DNA from: Streptococcaceae bacterium
GTDB taxonomy: Bacteria > Bacillota > Bacilli > Lactobacillales > Streptococcaceae
Assembly (NCBI GenBank): GCA_031270325.1
Contig: JAISXW010000020.1
Location: 22,581-86,580, forward strand
DNA: 64,000 nucleotides
Direction of reading: 5' to 3'
In this document: in pieces, positions 40,140 through 51,905 of the stretch
How positions within the stretch are numbered: position 1 is the first letter of the stretch
Layout: every line of letters begins with the position of its first letter
Translations under genes and position numbers: made by a program
The notes under the pieces: generated by a model
Seen by the model: only the letters and a program-made list of their open reading frames with translations
The model's database searches: none
What the model was told of the DNA's origin: nothing

Positions 40140-41241
40140 TTGTTTTGTCCTCGCTTTCTTTGTCGCTCGCTTGTTCAGAAGTCTTTGCCTCAGCTACATA
40201 CGGTGCAGGCTGACCGTCTTTTAACCAGATTGTTCCGGTAACCATAGTCACATCTAAAGTCAAACTGTTGATTGCCGTTCTGACTAAAGCGGCACCTTTT
40301 ATACCGATTGCCAGTGGATTGTCTAGTTTAAGACGTGTTTTATAACCACCAAATATTGTTTTGACATAACCAACTAAACCAATATTAGCAGGCACTGAAA
40401 TCTTAACCTGCCCATTGACGTTCTCAACTTTAAGGTTTTCTGCCGCAAGAGATGTGACTGTCACCAAAACTTCCCCGTTGACATTGGTAATGTCTGCTGT
40501 ATCAAAATCAGTTGACACCTTAATTTCGCCATTGACATTTCTAATCGCCGCTGTGCCAAACTTACCTCCTGCGACTGTCAAGTCGCCATTGACTTTTTTG
40601 ACTGTCAAGTTTTCTGCGACGAGATCTTTCAGCGTCATCATCCCATTAACCACATTAAATTTAGCAGCTGCTAGTTGATGTCTTGCTAAGGTAATCGTTA
40701 ACTCAACAACGATCCGTTTACTCTGAACGGCCACACGCAACTGACCTTCGTCTAAAGAGATGATGACATTATCTCGAATAAAATCAGCCAAAGCCTCTTC
40801 TGCCACGCCACCATACACCTTGTAAGTCGCTTCGACAATCGTTTTTTCGACATCTTTTACCACAACTGTGACATCTCCAGACGTTGCTGTGACTGCCAAT
40901 TCTCTGATCGGTTGATCAAATGCTTTAAACTCTGAATGTGTCAAATGTTTGAAACTGGGAAAACCACTGCTAAAGTCAACCGTATCATCAACGGATTTCT
41001 TGGCTGACTGAAACAAACCTTTCATCAGGCTACCAGCTTGATTGACGAAATGTTTGACCGCCTCAGATGAATCGGTTTGATAGCCTTCTTGATCGGTTGA
41101 TCTGGCTTGCGTTTTGCCTTCATCTTTAGCAGCTCCTGTATCGTCCGCCAGTCCGGCTTTCTCCAGCAACTCAATGGCCTCGCTCTCGGTGATGATCCCC
41201 TGACGCATCAAGTCGAGGATTCTTTCTTTTTTGTTGGTCAT
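40129..41241 (-). CDS. DUF4097 beta-strand repeat protein (LiaX-like)
   Basis: KERILDLMRQGIITESEAIELL N-terminus; repeated xxVNGxIxV strands. Confidence 0.85.
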   Translation of the reverse strand: MTNKKERILDLMRQGIITESEAIELLEKAGLADDTGAAKDEGKTQARSTDQEGYQTDSSEAVKHFVNQAGSLMKGLFQSAKKSVDDTVDFSSGFPSFKHLTHSEFKAFDQPIRELAVTATSGDVTVVVKDVEKTIVEATYKVYGGVAEEALADFIRDNVIISLDEGQLRVAVQSKRIVVELTITLARHQLAAAKFNVVNGMMTLKDLVAENLTVKKVNGDLTVAGGKFGTAAIRNVNGEIKVSTDFDTADITNVNGEVLVTVTSLAAENLKVENVNGQVKISVPANIGLVGYVKTIFGGYKTRLKLDNPLAIGIKGAALVRTAINSLTLDVTMVTGTIWLKDGQPAPYVAEAKTSEQASDKESEDKTSGD

Positions 41242-41402
41242 CTCTGCGCACACTTTCTTTTATCTGACTGTGTCAAGTTAGCGACACAGCTTGCCTAGCA
41301 TATCAGTCAATAGTAGGCTGTCCACTGGGACAAAGACCGTGACTGTTTTTTGATCACAGTCTTACCTACTTCCTTATTATCTCATATTACCCAGAAAAAA
41401 AA

Positions 41403-41418
41403 TCAGGCCTAAGTCTGA
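41403..41418. promoter_or_regulatory. Probable CesR/LiaR binding site
   Basis: TCAGGCCTAAGTCTGA, close to the TCAGHCTnnAGDCTGA consensus, upstream of liaX-like/pspC. Confidence 0.6.
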
Positions 41419-41458
41419 TTTCAAGATGGTCACAAGAGCAGATGATGACGCACAAGAA

Positions 41459-41808
41459 TTTTGAACGCTAGCGCCTAGCGGTTTTAACGCTAGCCCCTAG
41501 AGATTTTAACGCTAGCTCCTAGAGATTTTAACGCTAGCCCCTAGAGATTTTGACGCTAGCTCCTAGCGGTTTTAGCGCTAGCTCCTAGAGATTTTGACGC
41601 TAGCGCCTAGAGATTTTAGCGCTAGCTCCTAGCGGTTTTAACGCTAGCCCCTAGCGGTTTTGGCGCTAGCTCCTAGAGATTTTGACGCTAGCGCCTAGAG
41701 ATTTTAACGCTAGCCCCTAGCGGTTTTGGCGCTAGCCCCTAGAATTTTCAGCGCTAGCGCCTAGCATTTTCAGCGCTAGCGCCTAGAGATTTCAGCGCTA
41801 GCGCCTAG
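41459..41808. repeat. Tandem array, 16 x 22 bp, TTTTRRCGCTAGCNCCTAGMGR
   Basis: CGCTAGC at 41466 and every 22 nt to 41796. Confidence 0.97.
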
Positions 41809-41830
41809 GGGTCGCAACTTTCATCTTAAA

Positions 41831-41885
41831 AAAGCAGTCAAAACCGACAAAGCGGCTGCCCCGCTTTGTCGGTTTTGACTGCTTT
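41831..41885 (-). terminator. ileS terminator with a perfect 25-bp stem
   Basis: AAAGCAGTCAAAACCGACAAAGCGG-ctgcc-CCGCTTTGTCGGTTTTGACTGCTTT. Confidence 0.88.
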
Positions 41886-41904
41886 CCCTTGCCTTAGGGC
41901 ATCC

Positions 41905-44703
41905 TTAGTTCGTCTCGAAGCCTGTCGTGGCAAGCTCAGGAAATTCTGTGGCGACGATAGCGGTACAGTGGTCGCACAGTTCCGCAAAGTTCGGGTTACT
42001 GTTGGTGCCGACTGTCTCGTCAGTACGCCGACATCTTTGGCAGACATTACCGCTGGCATGGCGAACAAACAAGGCGTTACCGCCAACTGTTACCGCCTCA
42101 GCCGGTGCAGGTTGATCAGAGACACGCAACTCAGATACGATGAGCAAGGTCGCCACATCTTCTGACTGAGCGACGCGCGCTAATAACACTTTGGTCGGTT
42201 CATCAGGATAAACCGTCACGCTGGCTTCCAGAGATTTACCGATAACCTTGTCTTCCCGCGCCATTTCCAAAGCCTTATGAACACCCGTCCGGAAGTCCAA
42301 GAACGCTGACCAAAAGTCAAGGATTGCCTCAGCATCTGCTATCTCGACCGCCTCCGGCATTTCCGTCAGATAAGCATAGGCTGCCGTCTCCTGATCGAGA
42401 TAAGTCCAAATTTCTTCTGCCGTATGTGGTACAATCGGCAAGAGCAGTTGGGTCAATTTGACTAAGACTTCATACATGACCGTCTGCATACTCCGGCGTG
42501 CTGCTGAGTTTGCTGCCTCGATATAGATGATATCTTTGGCAAAATCAAGGTAAAAGGCTGATAAATCATTGGTCAAGAAATTGAAAACACTCCGATAGAC
42601 GTCCATAAAATTATAGTGGTCATAGGCCTGACGAACTTCTTTGATGACTTGATTCAATCTCACCAACAGGTACTTATCAGAGCCGTTCAATTCTGCAAAT
42701 GCCACAGCATCATTGACCTTATCAAAGTCAGAGGTATTGGCGATAAGGAAACGCAGCGTATTTCTGATCTTACGGTAAGCCTCAGAAGTCTGCCCGATCA
42801 AGTCCATTGAGACCCGAACATCAGAGGTGCTGTCAACACTAGCCACCCAAAGCCGCAGAATATCCGCCCCATATTGTCTCGTCACATCCTTTGGTGCAAT
42901 CCCATTGCCCAATGATTTAGAGAACTTGCGACCCTTGGCATCTTGGACAAAACCTTGTGATAAGACGGCCTTATAAGGTGCAATCCCATTAACAGCAACA
43001 GATGTTGTAATCGACGAATTAAACCAACCACGGTATTGGTCTGAGCCTTCCAAGTAAAGATCGGCAGGATAGGTCAGTTCCTCACGTTGATTGAGGACAC
43101 CATTCCATGATGAACCCGAGTCAAACCAGACATCCATAATATCAGTTTCTTTTGTGAAGATACCGTTGGGCGAACCGGGGTGGCTAAAACCTGCTGGCAA
43201 CAAGTCTTTGGCAACACGTTCCCACCAGATGATTGAGCCATGTTCAGCAAACAGTTGGGCGATATGTTCTGTCGTTTCAGCTGTGATAATGGCTGTCCCG
43301 TCCTCCGCATAAAAGATTGGCAGCGGCACACCCCAAGCCCGTTGCCGACTGATGACCCAGTCGCCACGATCACGAATCATGTTGTAAAGGCGCGTTTTGC
43401 CCCAAGGCACGATCCAATCAACTTGCTCAACTTCACGCAAGATATTGTCACGGAATTGATCAATTGACGCAAACCATTGCGGTGTCGCTCGGAAAATCAC
43501 AGGCTTCTTAGTCCGCCAGTCATGAGGATAACTGTGTGTGAAGAACTCCAGTTTGAGCAAGGCATCATTTTCAGCTAGCAATTCCGTGACTTTTTTGTTC
43601 CCCTCATCATAGAAAAGTCCCTCAAATCCCGGTGCTTCATCTGTATAGTAGCCTCGGTCATCAATCGGCGATAGGACTCCGAGTTTATATTTACGGCTGT
43701 AGAAATAGTCATCCTCACCATGACCCGGTGCCGTGTGTACCAAGCCAGTTCCTGAATCAAGTGTGACATAGTCCGCATTCATGACCAAGCTTTCGCGATC
43801 ATAGAAAGGATGTTTGGCAACCATGCCATCAAGGTCTGACCCTTTAAGCGTTTGAAGCACCTGATAGTCAGCCCACTCTAATTTTTCTGCAACAGCCTTT
43901 AGCAATTCTGATGCAATGACAAATTTGCGTTCCCCAACCGCAACCAAGACATAGTCATAATCAGGATGCGCAAAAATACCAAGGTTAGAGGGGATCGTCC
44001 ACGGCGTTGTCGTCCAAATCACAAATTCAGTATCTTGGGGTAAGCGACCTTTGGTATCAATCGCTTTAAAGGCAACATAAATCGACGCCGACCGCACGTC
44101 TTGATATTCAATCTCAGCTTCTGCCAGTGAACTTTCTGATGACGGTGACCAGTAAATTGGCTTCGCACCTTTGTAGATGTAGCCTTTTTCAGACATTGCG
44201 CCAAACACACGAATCTGAGCCGCTTCAAATTCAGCTTGTAAACTCAGGTAAGGATGCGCCCAATCGCCCATAATCCCTAACTGTTTAAAGCCTTGACGTT
44301 GCCGTTCAACCTGAGAAAGTGCATAATCCCGACACATCCGCAGATAGTCTGCACGGTCAAGTTCCTTGCGTTTAACGCCTTGTTTGGTCAAGACTTGTTC
44401 GATTGGCAAGCCGTGTGTGTCCCAACCCGGTACAAAGGGTGCACGAAAACCAGCCATGTTTTTGTAACGCAGGATAATATCCTTCGAAATCTTATTGAGG
44501 GCATGACCTACGTGAATATCGCCATTAGCATAGGGTGGCCCATCGTGTAGTACAAAAGATGGCTTGCCTTCATTTTCTTTCAAGCGATAGGCATAGAGGT
44601 TGGCATCATCCCAAACCTCCTGCATTTTAGGTTCTTTGTTAGGTAAACCAGCACGCATTGGAAAAGCGGTTTGACCAAGATTCAAGGTTTCTTTAATTTT
44701 CAT
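41905..44703 (-). CDS. ileS: Isoleucyl-tRNA synthetase (type 1)
   Basis: [48 protein letters not shown]-terminal CQRC/CDHC. Confidence 0.98.
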   Translation of the reverse strand: MKIKETLNLGQTAFPMRAGLPNKEPKMQEVWDDANLYAYRLKENEGKPSFVLHDGPPYANGDIHVGHALNKISKDIILRYKNMAGFRAPFVPGWDTHGLPIEQVLTKQGVKRKELDRADYLRMCRDYALSQVERQRQGFKQLGIMGDWAHPYLSLQAEFEAAQIRVFGAMSEKGYIYKGAKPIYWSPSSESSLAEAEIEYQDVRSASIYVAFKAIDTKGRLPQDTEFVIWTTTPWTIPSNLGIFAHPDYDYVLVAVGERKFVIASELLKAVAEKLEWADYQVLQTLKGSDLDGMVAKHPFYDRESLVMNADYVTLDSGTGLVHTAPGHGEDDYFYSRKYKLGVLSPIDDRGYYTDEAPGFEGLFYDEGNKKVTELLAENDALLKLEFFTHSYPHDWRTKKPVIFRATPQWFASIDQFRDNILREVEQVDWIVPWGKTRLYNMIRDRGDWVISRQRAWGVPLPIFYAEDGTAIITAETTEHIAQLFAEHGSIIWWERVAKDLLPAGFSHPGSPNGIFTKETDIMDVWFDSGSSWNGVLNQREELTYPADLYLEGSDQYRGWFNSSITTSVAVNGIAPYKAVLSQGFVQDAKGRKFSKSLGNGIAPKDVTRQYGADILRLWVASVDSTSDVRVSMDLIGQTSEAYRKIRNTLRFLIANTSDFDKVNDAVAFAELNGSDKYLLVRLNQVIKEVRQAYDHYNFMDVYRSVFNFLTNDLSAFYLDFAKDIIYIEAANSAARRSMQTVMYEVLVKLTQLLLPIVPHTAEEIWTYLDQETAAYAYLTEMPEAVEIADAEAILDFWSAFLDFRTGVHKALEMAREDKVIGKSLEASVTVYPDEPTKVLLARVAQSEDVATLLIVSELRVSDQPAPAEAVTVGGNALFVRHASGNVCQRCRRTDETVGTNSNPNFAELCDHCTAIVATEFPELATTGFETN

Positions 44704-44786
44704 AATTGAGTGATGAGATGACTGAACAAGCAGTCGATTCTCATTGCCTCACTTTCTTTTATTTTTGATGAATAAGTATAGGAAAA

Positions 44787-45030
44787 AACAAAAAAGCTTT
44801 TCGTAAGGGACGAAAAGCCGTGGTACCACCCTCATTCGCTTGATGACTCAAGCCTCAATAGTCCAGTAAAGCGGACCAGTCTGCTAGCTTAAAAATATCA
44901 ACTATCCTCTAGGACTAACTGTTCCTAGCAAATAGCTGAGACAAGACCAAGATGATATAAACACTAGAGGGATTGCAAGGCTTCCACCATCTCTTGCTCG
45001 CTAAACATATCTCGTGTCAACGTGTTCTGG
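44787..45030 (-). ncRNA. T-box leader of ileS
   Basis: AGGGTGGTACCACGG T-box, terminator GCTTTTCGT...ACGAAAAGC-TTTTT, stem I AGCGAG/GGTGGAAG motifs and candidate ATC specifier. Confidence 0.9.
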
Positions 45031-45032
45031 TC

Positions 45033-45749
45033 TTATGCTTCGGTTTCTGCTTGGTGTTCTGAATCTGTTTCAGTAACAAATTCAGATTCAGAGACAACTT
45101 CGCTTTCATCAGTATCTACTGCTTGACTTGCCGCTTCTGACTCAAGGATTTCTGAGACCTGAGTCACAGTCTGACTAATCTGAACTGTATTGGCCTCATG
45201 TGATTCAATAATCGCTTTGAGTTTGTCTTCCCCATCTCCAATGTAGGTCGCAGTAGGTTTAAGGATTTCTTCCCATTCATGAGATTTAATGCCTTCAAGC
45301 TGTGACTCCACCATCAAGGTCATCCGTTGATGGTAAATACGCATCTTACGTTTCAACTCATCTGTTTCTTTAACCAGACGTCGTGCATCGTCTGAAGCTG
45401 AATTGAGAATACCCCCGGCCTCTTTTTTAGCAGATTCTAAAATATACTGTGCTTTCTGTCCTGCTTCTGCCGTAATACTATTGGATTCGTTGATCGCTTG
45501 TTCCTTCAAATTGTCTGCTGCACTTTGTGCGACAACAATTGACTTATTCAGCGACTCTTTCATGCCTTCAAAGTACTCTACACGTTCACGTAAACTTTTC
45601 AGCTCCCGATCTTGATCTCTGAGTTTCCCAGAAAATGCATCATAATCTCTGATGATCAAATCAAGAAAATCATCAACGTCCACTTTATTATACCCACGCA
45701 TTTTAGTTGGGAACGTTTTGTTTTGAATATCTAAACTGTTTAAAGTCAC
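45033..45749 (-). CDS. divIVA: Cell division protein DivIVA
   Basis: LDIQNKTF..KMRGY...VDDFLD plus coiled coil; dcw synteny. Confidence 0.95.
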   Translation of the reverse strand: MTLNSLDIQNKTFPTKMRGYNKVDVDDFLDLIIRDYDAFSGKLRDQDRELKSLRERVEYFEGMKESLNKSIVVAQSAADNLKEQAINESNSITAEAGQKAQYILESAKKEAGGILNSASDDARRLVKETDELKRKMRIYHQRMTLMVESQLEGIKSHEWEEILKPTATYIGDGEDKLKAIIESHEANTVQISQTVTQVSEILESEAASQAVDTDESEVVSESEFVTETDSEHQAETEA

Positions 45750-45806
45750 TGTTATTACCTCCTAGTATCTATGAATGACTAATCACCTTGTCATTCTATG
45801 CTCTGG

Positions 45807-46610
45807 CTACCTTTGTTTGATTGAGATGAGTTGAACCTCAACTCTCAATTTATCTTTTTTTGTCAACCCAAGTTCTTGAACAATTTTAAACCGTCCTAAA
45901 CCTCGAACGCTAATCAAGTCCCCTTGATCCAGCTCAAAATCATTGCGTAAGACGTCACTATAATTAACCTTTGCTTGTCTTGATTGTATCAAATTTTGGA
46001 CTTGACTACGAGATATATTAAAAGCACTCGCAATCGCTTTATCTAAACGCAAACTCGACATGGTCAAAATTTTATCAACCGTTTGCTCAGGTGGCTTGAC
46101 AAATTCTGCCAAGCCAATCTCTCTAAGTTTCACACCACTACCAGCAATCTTATCAATACTTGCTATCATTAAGGGTACTAGCTTAGCATTCACCAAGACT
46201 TGCGCAAATGTTTGATGGGCGACAATATCACCGATTTTGGAGCGGTCAAGACCAGTTTCACCAAGTAAAGTTCCTAGTATTTGCGAATGTTTCAACGTGA
46301 CAAACTTACTAGCAAAGTCTATTTGTAAACAAGCCAAATCAAAATCGGTTACGTCTAATTCATAATAGCGAGGCGCTAAAATGACCTTCACATACTCCGA
46401 TTGGACAAGAGAGGAGCTAACAAACATCTGAACTTGATCCTCTCGATAGCCATTGACTAAAGTTTTCAAAATAGCTAACTGTCTCGGATTTAAAAAATCA
46501 GTCGTCACCAGACCATAGTGATCCGAAACGCGACTTAGCCAATCGCTTGCTTTATCAATAAATGTTTTTTCACTCGCACGAAAATGCTGGTAAATGGCTT
46601 GTCTCATCAA
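45807..46610 (-). CDS. ylmH: YlmH RNA-binding protein (S4 domain)
   Basis: TDFLNPR, HSQILG, SLRLD, DLISVRGLGR. Confidence 0.92.
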   Translation of the reverse strand: MMRQAIYQHFRASEKTFIDKASDWLSRVSDHYGLVTTDFLNPRQLAILKTLVNGYREDQVQMFVSSSLVQSEYVKVILAPRYYELDVTDFDLACLQIDFASKFVTLKHSQILGTLLGETGLDRSKIGDIVAHQTFAQVLVNAKLVPLMIASIDKIAGSGVKLREIGLAEFVKPPEQTVDKILTMSSLRLDKAIASAFNISRSQVQNLIQSRQAKVNYSDVLRNDFELDQGDLISVRGLGRFKIVQELGLTKKDKLRVEVQLISIKQR

Positions 46611-46849
46611 AATATGATTAACAAGAAACGCTGTATGACGTCCAAAGCCAATAAGGCGACAATAATGGTAAAGTCTAGACCAGCAAACTGAAGTGGGAAA
46701 CGGTCAAAAAGCGAGAGAAAAGGTCGTGCCAGCTGACCGAGCAATCGACCTACTTGACTATTCTGTAAATTTGGCACCCAACTCATCAGTGCATAGATAA
46801 TCAAAATCCACTGATAAAATGTAATCAAACGATACAAGACATAAATCAT
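46607..46849 (-). CDS. ylmG: YggT/YlmG membrane protein
   Basis: YALMSWVP...GLDFT; start moved to ATG 46849. Confidence 0.9.
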   Translation of the reverse strand: MIYVLYRLITFYQWILIIYALMSWVPNLQNSQVGRLLGQLARPFLSLFDRFPLQFAGLDFTIIVALLALDVIQRFLLIIF

Positions 46850-46850
46850 A

Positions 46851-47393
46851 TTAAAATGCATCCAAACCTTCAAAATTTCGACCAGATAAAATACTCAATT
46901 CCTTCTCTGCATCTACAGTCATACCACTTGGCGTTAACAAGAAGATCTGTCCACCCACATTTTGAATATCGCCATCCAAAGTAAACACTACACCCGTCAA
47001 AAAGTCAATAGACCGACGCGCTTGTTGATCGCCCATGTTTTTGAAATTCACTAAGACACTTTCGCCATTGCGAACAATGCGGGCTGACTCCATAATATTG
47101 TCATACGCTGCTGGTTCTTTGATTGCGATAGTTGGTACAATCGCAGCAGAAGATTGACGTTGAGGTGTTGCTTGACGTGTCGAATTACTGACTGAATCAC
47201 TTGATCGCCCTTGCTTACGTTCAGGTTTTGATTCAGCTTGAACTGATACCGCTTGCGCCCTCACTTGTGGCTGCGGTTGATTTGACGTCTGATTTGGCAC
47301 TGCCACTTGTGGTCGAGCAACCGGTGTCACTTCTTCCTCATCCCCTAAATTGAAATAATCTTTTGCTTTTTCAATGTAATCTTTTAAAGCCAT
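46851..47393 (-). CDS. sepF: Cell division protein SepF
   Basis: VLVNF, ARRSIDFLTG, IFLLTP. Confidence 0.93.
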   Translation of the reverse strand: MALKDYIEKAKDYFNLGDEEEVTPVARPQVAVPNQTSNQPQPQVRAQAVSVQAESKPERKQGRSSDSVSNSTRQATPQRQSSAAIVPTIAIKEPAAYDNIMESARIVRNGESVLVNFKNMGDQQARRSIDFLTGVVFTLDGDIQNVGGQIFLLTPSGMTVDAEKELSILSGRNFEGLDAF

Positions 47394-47446
47394 TAATTTT
47401 TACCTACTTATTTTAGTTATCTCTATTATCTAGAGGCTGTTTCGTT

Positions 47447-48118
47447 TTAAAAAAACTTGCTACCGATTCTGACAAAAGTCGCACCGTGCTGAATCGCTTG
47501 TTGATAATCCTGACTCATCCCCATTGACAATTCTGTACACGGGATATGAGGGAGTTTTTGACTGGCAATTGTTTCTTGTAAGTTTTTTGCTTGAGTGAAA
47601 ACATCTGCCAACTCATCATCCGTTGCATCAATTGGTGCCATTGTCATGAGTCCAACAACGTTCACTTTTGACAAACTAGAAATTTCTGGCAAAACCTGTC
47701 CCAATACCTCGGGAGAAAAACCATGCTTACTCGTTTCACCAGAGATATTAACCTGTAAAAAACAATTAATCACATGATCCGCACGCTTGTCAATCTCCCG
47801 TGCTAATTTGACGGAATCCAAGGCATGAAAGTAATCGACCGAGTTAATCACATCTTTAACCTTGCGACGTTGCAACGTTCCGATTAAATGCCATGTAATT
47901 GGCAAATCAGACAGCTCTTTCTGCTTATCCAGAAAAAGTTCTGTCCGATTTTCAGCGATATTCGTGATGCCTGCCGCTACAAGTTCTCGTGCTACTACCG
48001 CATCAACATATTTGGTTACACCGATAACAGTTGTCTTCTGACCAGTGTTTAATCCAGATTTGCTTTCTGCGAGGGTAACTTGCGCCAAGACAGTTTTTAC
48101 ATTTTCAGAAATTGTCAT
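47447..48118 (-). CDS. ylmE: PLP-binding protein YggS/YlmE
   Basis: VTKY, WHLIGTLQ, GLMTMAP, LSMGMS, VRIGS. Confidence 0.95.
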   Translation of the reverse strand: MTISENVKTVLAQVTLAESKSGLNTGQKTTVIGVTKYVDAVVARELVAAGITNIAENRTELFLDKQKELSDLPITWHLIGTLQRRKVKDVINSVDYFHALDSVKLAREIDKRADHVINCFLQVNISGETSKHGFSPEVLGQVLPEISSLSKVNVVGLMTMAPIDATDDELADVFTQAKNLQETIASQKLPHIPCTELSMGMSQDYQQAIQHGATFVRIGSKFF

Positions 48119-48121
48119 ACC

Positions 48122-49384
48122 TTAACGTTTTAAAAATGGTGGAATATCAAGGTCATCATCTTTGGATGCCGTTGCTGTCCCTCCAAAGGTACTAACTCCT
48201 CCGGAGTTAATCGCCTCTGACGGTGTTTGACGAACTGTGTTTTCTTTACGAATGTCCCAGTTCCCAAACGCTGACTCAGATGATGGCGTTTCTGATTTTG
48301 CTGCTTTTTGACGAGAGACGAAAGCCTCATTTGACAAATCCAAATTTGATGCCCCGAGAACACGACGACGAGGCTGTTCTGAAATCGGAGCCGTTTGTGT
48401 TTGACGAGGAACTGTTGTCTGAACATCTTCTTCAGAAACACCTGTTGCCACAACTGTGACACGAATCTCATCTTTCAAGCTGTCATCAATTGATGTGCCC
48501 AAAAGAATATTGACATCATTACCAGCTGCTTGAATCACAAGCTCTGACGCATCTTGTGCTTCTGTCAAGCTCATATCCATGCCACCTGTCACATTCAAGA
48601 GCACATTTTCAGCACCTTCGATTGTCGTTTCAAGCAATGGCGAATAAATAGCTTTTCGAGTTGCTTCAATGACACGATCTTCTCCAGTCGCTACACCGAT
48701 TCCCATCAAAGCATCACCTTTATTGGCCATAACAGTTTTTACATCCGCAAAATCTAGGTTAATCATACCAGGATTTGTAATCAAATCCGTTACGCCTTGA
48801 ACGCCTTGACGCAAAACATTATCTGCTTCTTGTAGGGCATCTTTCAATGGTGTCTTTCGATCCACAAGCTCAAGCAAGTTGTTATTTGAGATAATGAGCA
48901 ACGTGTCAACAGATGACTTCAACAGCTCAATACCTTCGGAAGCAAAATAGCCTCGTTTTGAACCCTCAAAACCAAATGGTCGCGTGACGACACCAACAGT
49001 CAAAGCACCCAACTCACGAGAAATTTGTGCAATAACAGGTGCAGCACCTGTGCCTGTTCCGCCGCCCATACCAGCAGTAATAAAGACCATATCTGCACCT
49101 TGAAGCGCTTGTTGAATCACTTCTGCTGATTCTTCAGCAGCTTTCTGACCAACTTCTGGTTTCGACCCAGCGCCTAAACCACGTGTTAGTTTTGGTCCAA
49201 GTTGAATCACTGTGTCAGCTTTTGAAGCGCTGAGTGCTTGAACATCAGTGTTAGCTGCGATAAACTCGACACCTGAAACACCTTCTTCAACCATTCGATT
49301 AATGGCATTCCCCCCTGCGCCACCAACACCGATAACTTTTATAATAGCTCCTTGCGGAAGCTCTTCATCAAATGAAAATTCCAT
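48122..49384 (-). CDS. ftsZ: Cell division protein FtsZ
   Basis: [30 protein letters not shown]. Confidence 0.99.
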   Translation of the reverse strand: MEFSFDEELPQGAIIKVIGVGGAGGNAINRMVEEGVSGVEFIAANTDVQALSASKADTVIQLGPKLTRGLGAGSKPEVGQKAAEESAEVIQQALQGADMVFITAGMGGGTGTGAAPVIAQISRELGALTVGVVTRPFGFEGSKRGYFASEGIELLKSSVDTLLIISNNNLLELVDRKTPLKDALQEADNVLRQGVQGVTDLITNPGMINLDFADVKTVMANKGDALMGIGVATGEDRVIEATRKAIYSPLLETTIEGAENVLLNVTGGMDMSLTEAQDASELVIQAAGNDVNILLGTSIDDSLKDEIRVTVVATGVSEEDVQTTVPRQTQTAPISEQPRRRVLGASNLDLSNEAFVSRQKAAKSETPSSESAFGNWDIRKENTVRQTPSEAINSGGVSTFGGTATASKDDDLDIPPFLKR

Positions 49385-49466
49385 TGTTTTATATCTCCAA
49401 ATTTAATTTTTGTTGCAACCTAGCAAAAAACATCTAAGGCTACTGCATTGAGACTAGGTATCAGTC

Positions 49467-50840
49467 TCAGTCAAACATACTGCCAAAAATGTTACGTACC
49501 TTGTCCACAAGACCATCTTTTGGCTCTGAATCTTGTGTCGGTACAGTCGCTTGTGGTGCAGTCGCAGCATAAACAGTGTCGTCCACAGATTGACCATAAG
49601 CATTATCCGCAAATGTCGCAACAGCTGGTTCTCGATAAGATGGTTCATTCTCAACAATCGGCTCTGAATAAATTGCATTGCCGGCTGTTGCTTCTGTTAC
49701 TAAAACCTCAATATCAGAACGGCTGCCAACATAGTCCACAATCGAAATCACTTGTGCAAATGTTGGATTTCGGAGTCCCATCTCGTTTGGTACGTACAAT
49801 CGAACATTGAAACCGATAATTTGTGTCGCAAGTTCAATTACGCCTGGCATTGCTGCCGCACCACCTAACACAACAATCCCGCCTGGCAATTCCAAACCAC
49901 GTGATTTTTCTAAATCTTGACGAACCCGTGTGAAAATTTGTGTCAACCGAGCTTCAATGACTTGTGATAAATAATACTCTGTAATTTCAATCGGTTCTGT
50001 GTGTCCCACAACATCAACCGGGAATTTTTCTTCTTTACTTGCCCGTTCAGTCGAAGCCTCGCCGTAATTCAATTTCAAGCTATTAGCTTGATCAAGCGAC
50101 GTATTTAAGACAGTCGAGATATCCTTGGTAATGTAATCACCACCCTCAGGAATGATATGTGCGAATTGTAATTCTTGATCACGAACTGCAGTCACAGTTG
50201 TTTGTCCTGCACCAAGATCAATCACAACAGTCCCAAATTCACGTTCTCCTTCATTTAACACATGATGTGCTAAAGCTAACGGTGAAATCACGATGTTGTC
50301 AACTTTCAACCCTGCACGCTCAACAGCACGGCGGATATTATGAATAAGCGTCTTAGGACCCGTGTAAACAAGACCTTTCATTTCAAGACGAATCCCAAAC
50401 ATCCCGCGAGGATCTGAAATACCTGAAAAACCATCAACTGTAAATTCTTTAGGTTCAACAGCAATGATTTCCCGCTCAGGCATCCGGCTTCCCATCAATG
50501 CACTCGCAACAACTTGACGAATATCAGCTTCGACAACCTCTTTTGATTCACTATTAATGGTAACCATGCCTTGACAGGTATCCACTTCTAAACGATTCGC
50601 TGGAACTCCGACATTAACACCCGTAATTTGAATTCCCGCACGTTCTTCGGCAGCATTGACTGCTTTCTGAATCGCCTGTGCTACTTTTTCAATATCAACA
50701 ATTATGCCATTTTTCAAACCGTCAGATTTGGCATTTCCGACGCCGATTATATTCATTTCACCAGAGACGTATTCGGCTACAAGTACCTTGATGGTACTCG
50801 TGCCAATATCAATTCCCGTATAAAGTCCACTTTTGGCCAT
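49467..50840 (-). CDS. ftsA: Cell division protein FtsA
   Basis: IDIGTSTIK, IDLGAGQT, C-terminal amphipathic helix; start ATG 50840. Confidence 0.97.
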   Translation of the reverse strand: MAKSGLYTGIDIGTSTIKVLVAEYVSGEMNIIGVGNAKSDGLKNGIIVDIEKVAQAIQKAVNAAEERAGIQITGVNVGVPANRLEVDTCQGMVTINSESKEVVEADIRQVVASALMGSRMPEREIIAVEPKEFTVDGFSGISDPRGMFGIRLEMKGLVYTGPKTLIHNIRRAVERAGLKVDNIVISPLALAHHVLNEGEREFGTVVIDLGAGQTTVTAVRDQELQFAHIIPEGGDYITKDISTVLNTSLDQANSLKLNYGEASTERASKEEKFPVDVVGHTEPIEITEYYLSQVIEARLTQIFTRVRQDLEKSRGLELPGGIVVLGGAAAMPGVIELATQIIGFNVRLYVPNEMGLRNPTFAQVISIVDYVGSRSDIEVLVTEATAGNAIYSEPIVENEPSYREPAVATFADNAYGQSVDDTVYAATAPQATVPTQDSEPKDGLVDKVRNIFGSMFD

Positions 50841-51001
50841 TAAAGTGACTCCTTCCATTTATCCATTCATCATTTTTAAAGTTTATTTATGCTACAAATA
50901 CTCAAGAGACATTCCAGCATAAATACTCTTCCTTATTTTAACACAAAATCACAGCAAAACAAGATATTTACTGTGATTTTTTGTTTTCTAGCTTCTATTT
51001 T

Positions 51002-51871
51002 TCAACTTCGATTAGATTTTCCTATCGAAAATATCGCAATTGTCCCTGTCCCAGTATGTGTCGCAATTGTTGGTCCCAGTGGGGTTAAGATGACTTCTTC
51101 AACCAAATCTGATTGCAGTAAGTCTGCCTTGACCAGCTCTGCCACGTCAATTTCACCAGAATACCCCACAAGTATCGTCGGGTATGCCGGATCGATTGCC
51201 GTCAACGTCTTGTCAATGAGTGTTTTCAGTGCTTTTTTCTTCCCACGAATCCTACCGACTTGGCGAAGTTTACCAGATGGATCGACATCTATCAACGGCT
51301 TGATATTGACTAAAGTACCGACTGTTGCCGCTGCTTTGGTAATTCTCCCGCCACGTGCCAAATGATATAAGTCATCTGCCATCACCCAACTGCGTAGTCG
51401 CGGTATCAAGTCTTGGATTGCTGCCGTCACTTCCTCTAGCGTCGCACCTTGATCACGATATTTAATCGCTTCCCTAATCAAGTAGCCCTCTCCAGATGCT
51501 GCTGCTAAGGTATCGACTAATGCGATCTTAGCCGACGGCAACTCCTCTTGCACAAGTTGTTTAGCCATTTCTGCACTCTGAAAAGTTCCAGATAGACCTG
51601 AAGAAAATCCAAGATAAAGCACATCTTTGCCATCTTGCACAAGTGATTTAAACACTTCTGAAAACTGGCCGACATTGATTTGTGACGACACCGGTTGCGC
51701 ACCCTCAGCCATTTTGGCTAACAAGACGTCACTTGTTAAACGCGCCGAGCCTACGGTTTGATAAGTCTTCTGATCAATTGTCACAGTCAAGCCTAGCATG
51801 AGCACATCGTGAGCCGCAACATAGTCGTCTGACAAATCCGTTGTCGAATCTGTCACGATTTGATAAGTCAT
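51002..51871 (-). CDS. DegV family fatty-acid-binding protein
   Basis: IVTDSTTDL, SSGLSGT, GGRI, IATHTG. Confidence 0.93.
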   Translation of the reverse strand: MTYQIVTDSTTDLSDDYVAAHDVLMLGLTVTIDQKTYQTVGSARLTSDVLLAKMAEGAQPVSSQINVGQFSEVFKSLVQDGKDVLYLGFSSGLSGTFQSAEMAKQLVQEELPSAKIALVDTLAAASGEGYLIREAIKYRDQGATLEEVTAAIQDLIPRLRSWVMADDLYHLARGGRITKAAATVGTLVNIKPLIDVDPSGKLRQVGRIRGKKKALKTLIDKTLTAIDPAYPTILVGYSGEIDVAELVKADLLQSDLVEEVILTPLGPTIATHTGTGTIAIFSIGKSNRS

Positions 51872-51905
51872 TTTTACTCCAATTCATTAGTCCTAGGCCT
51901 CGGCC

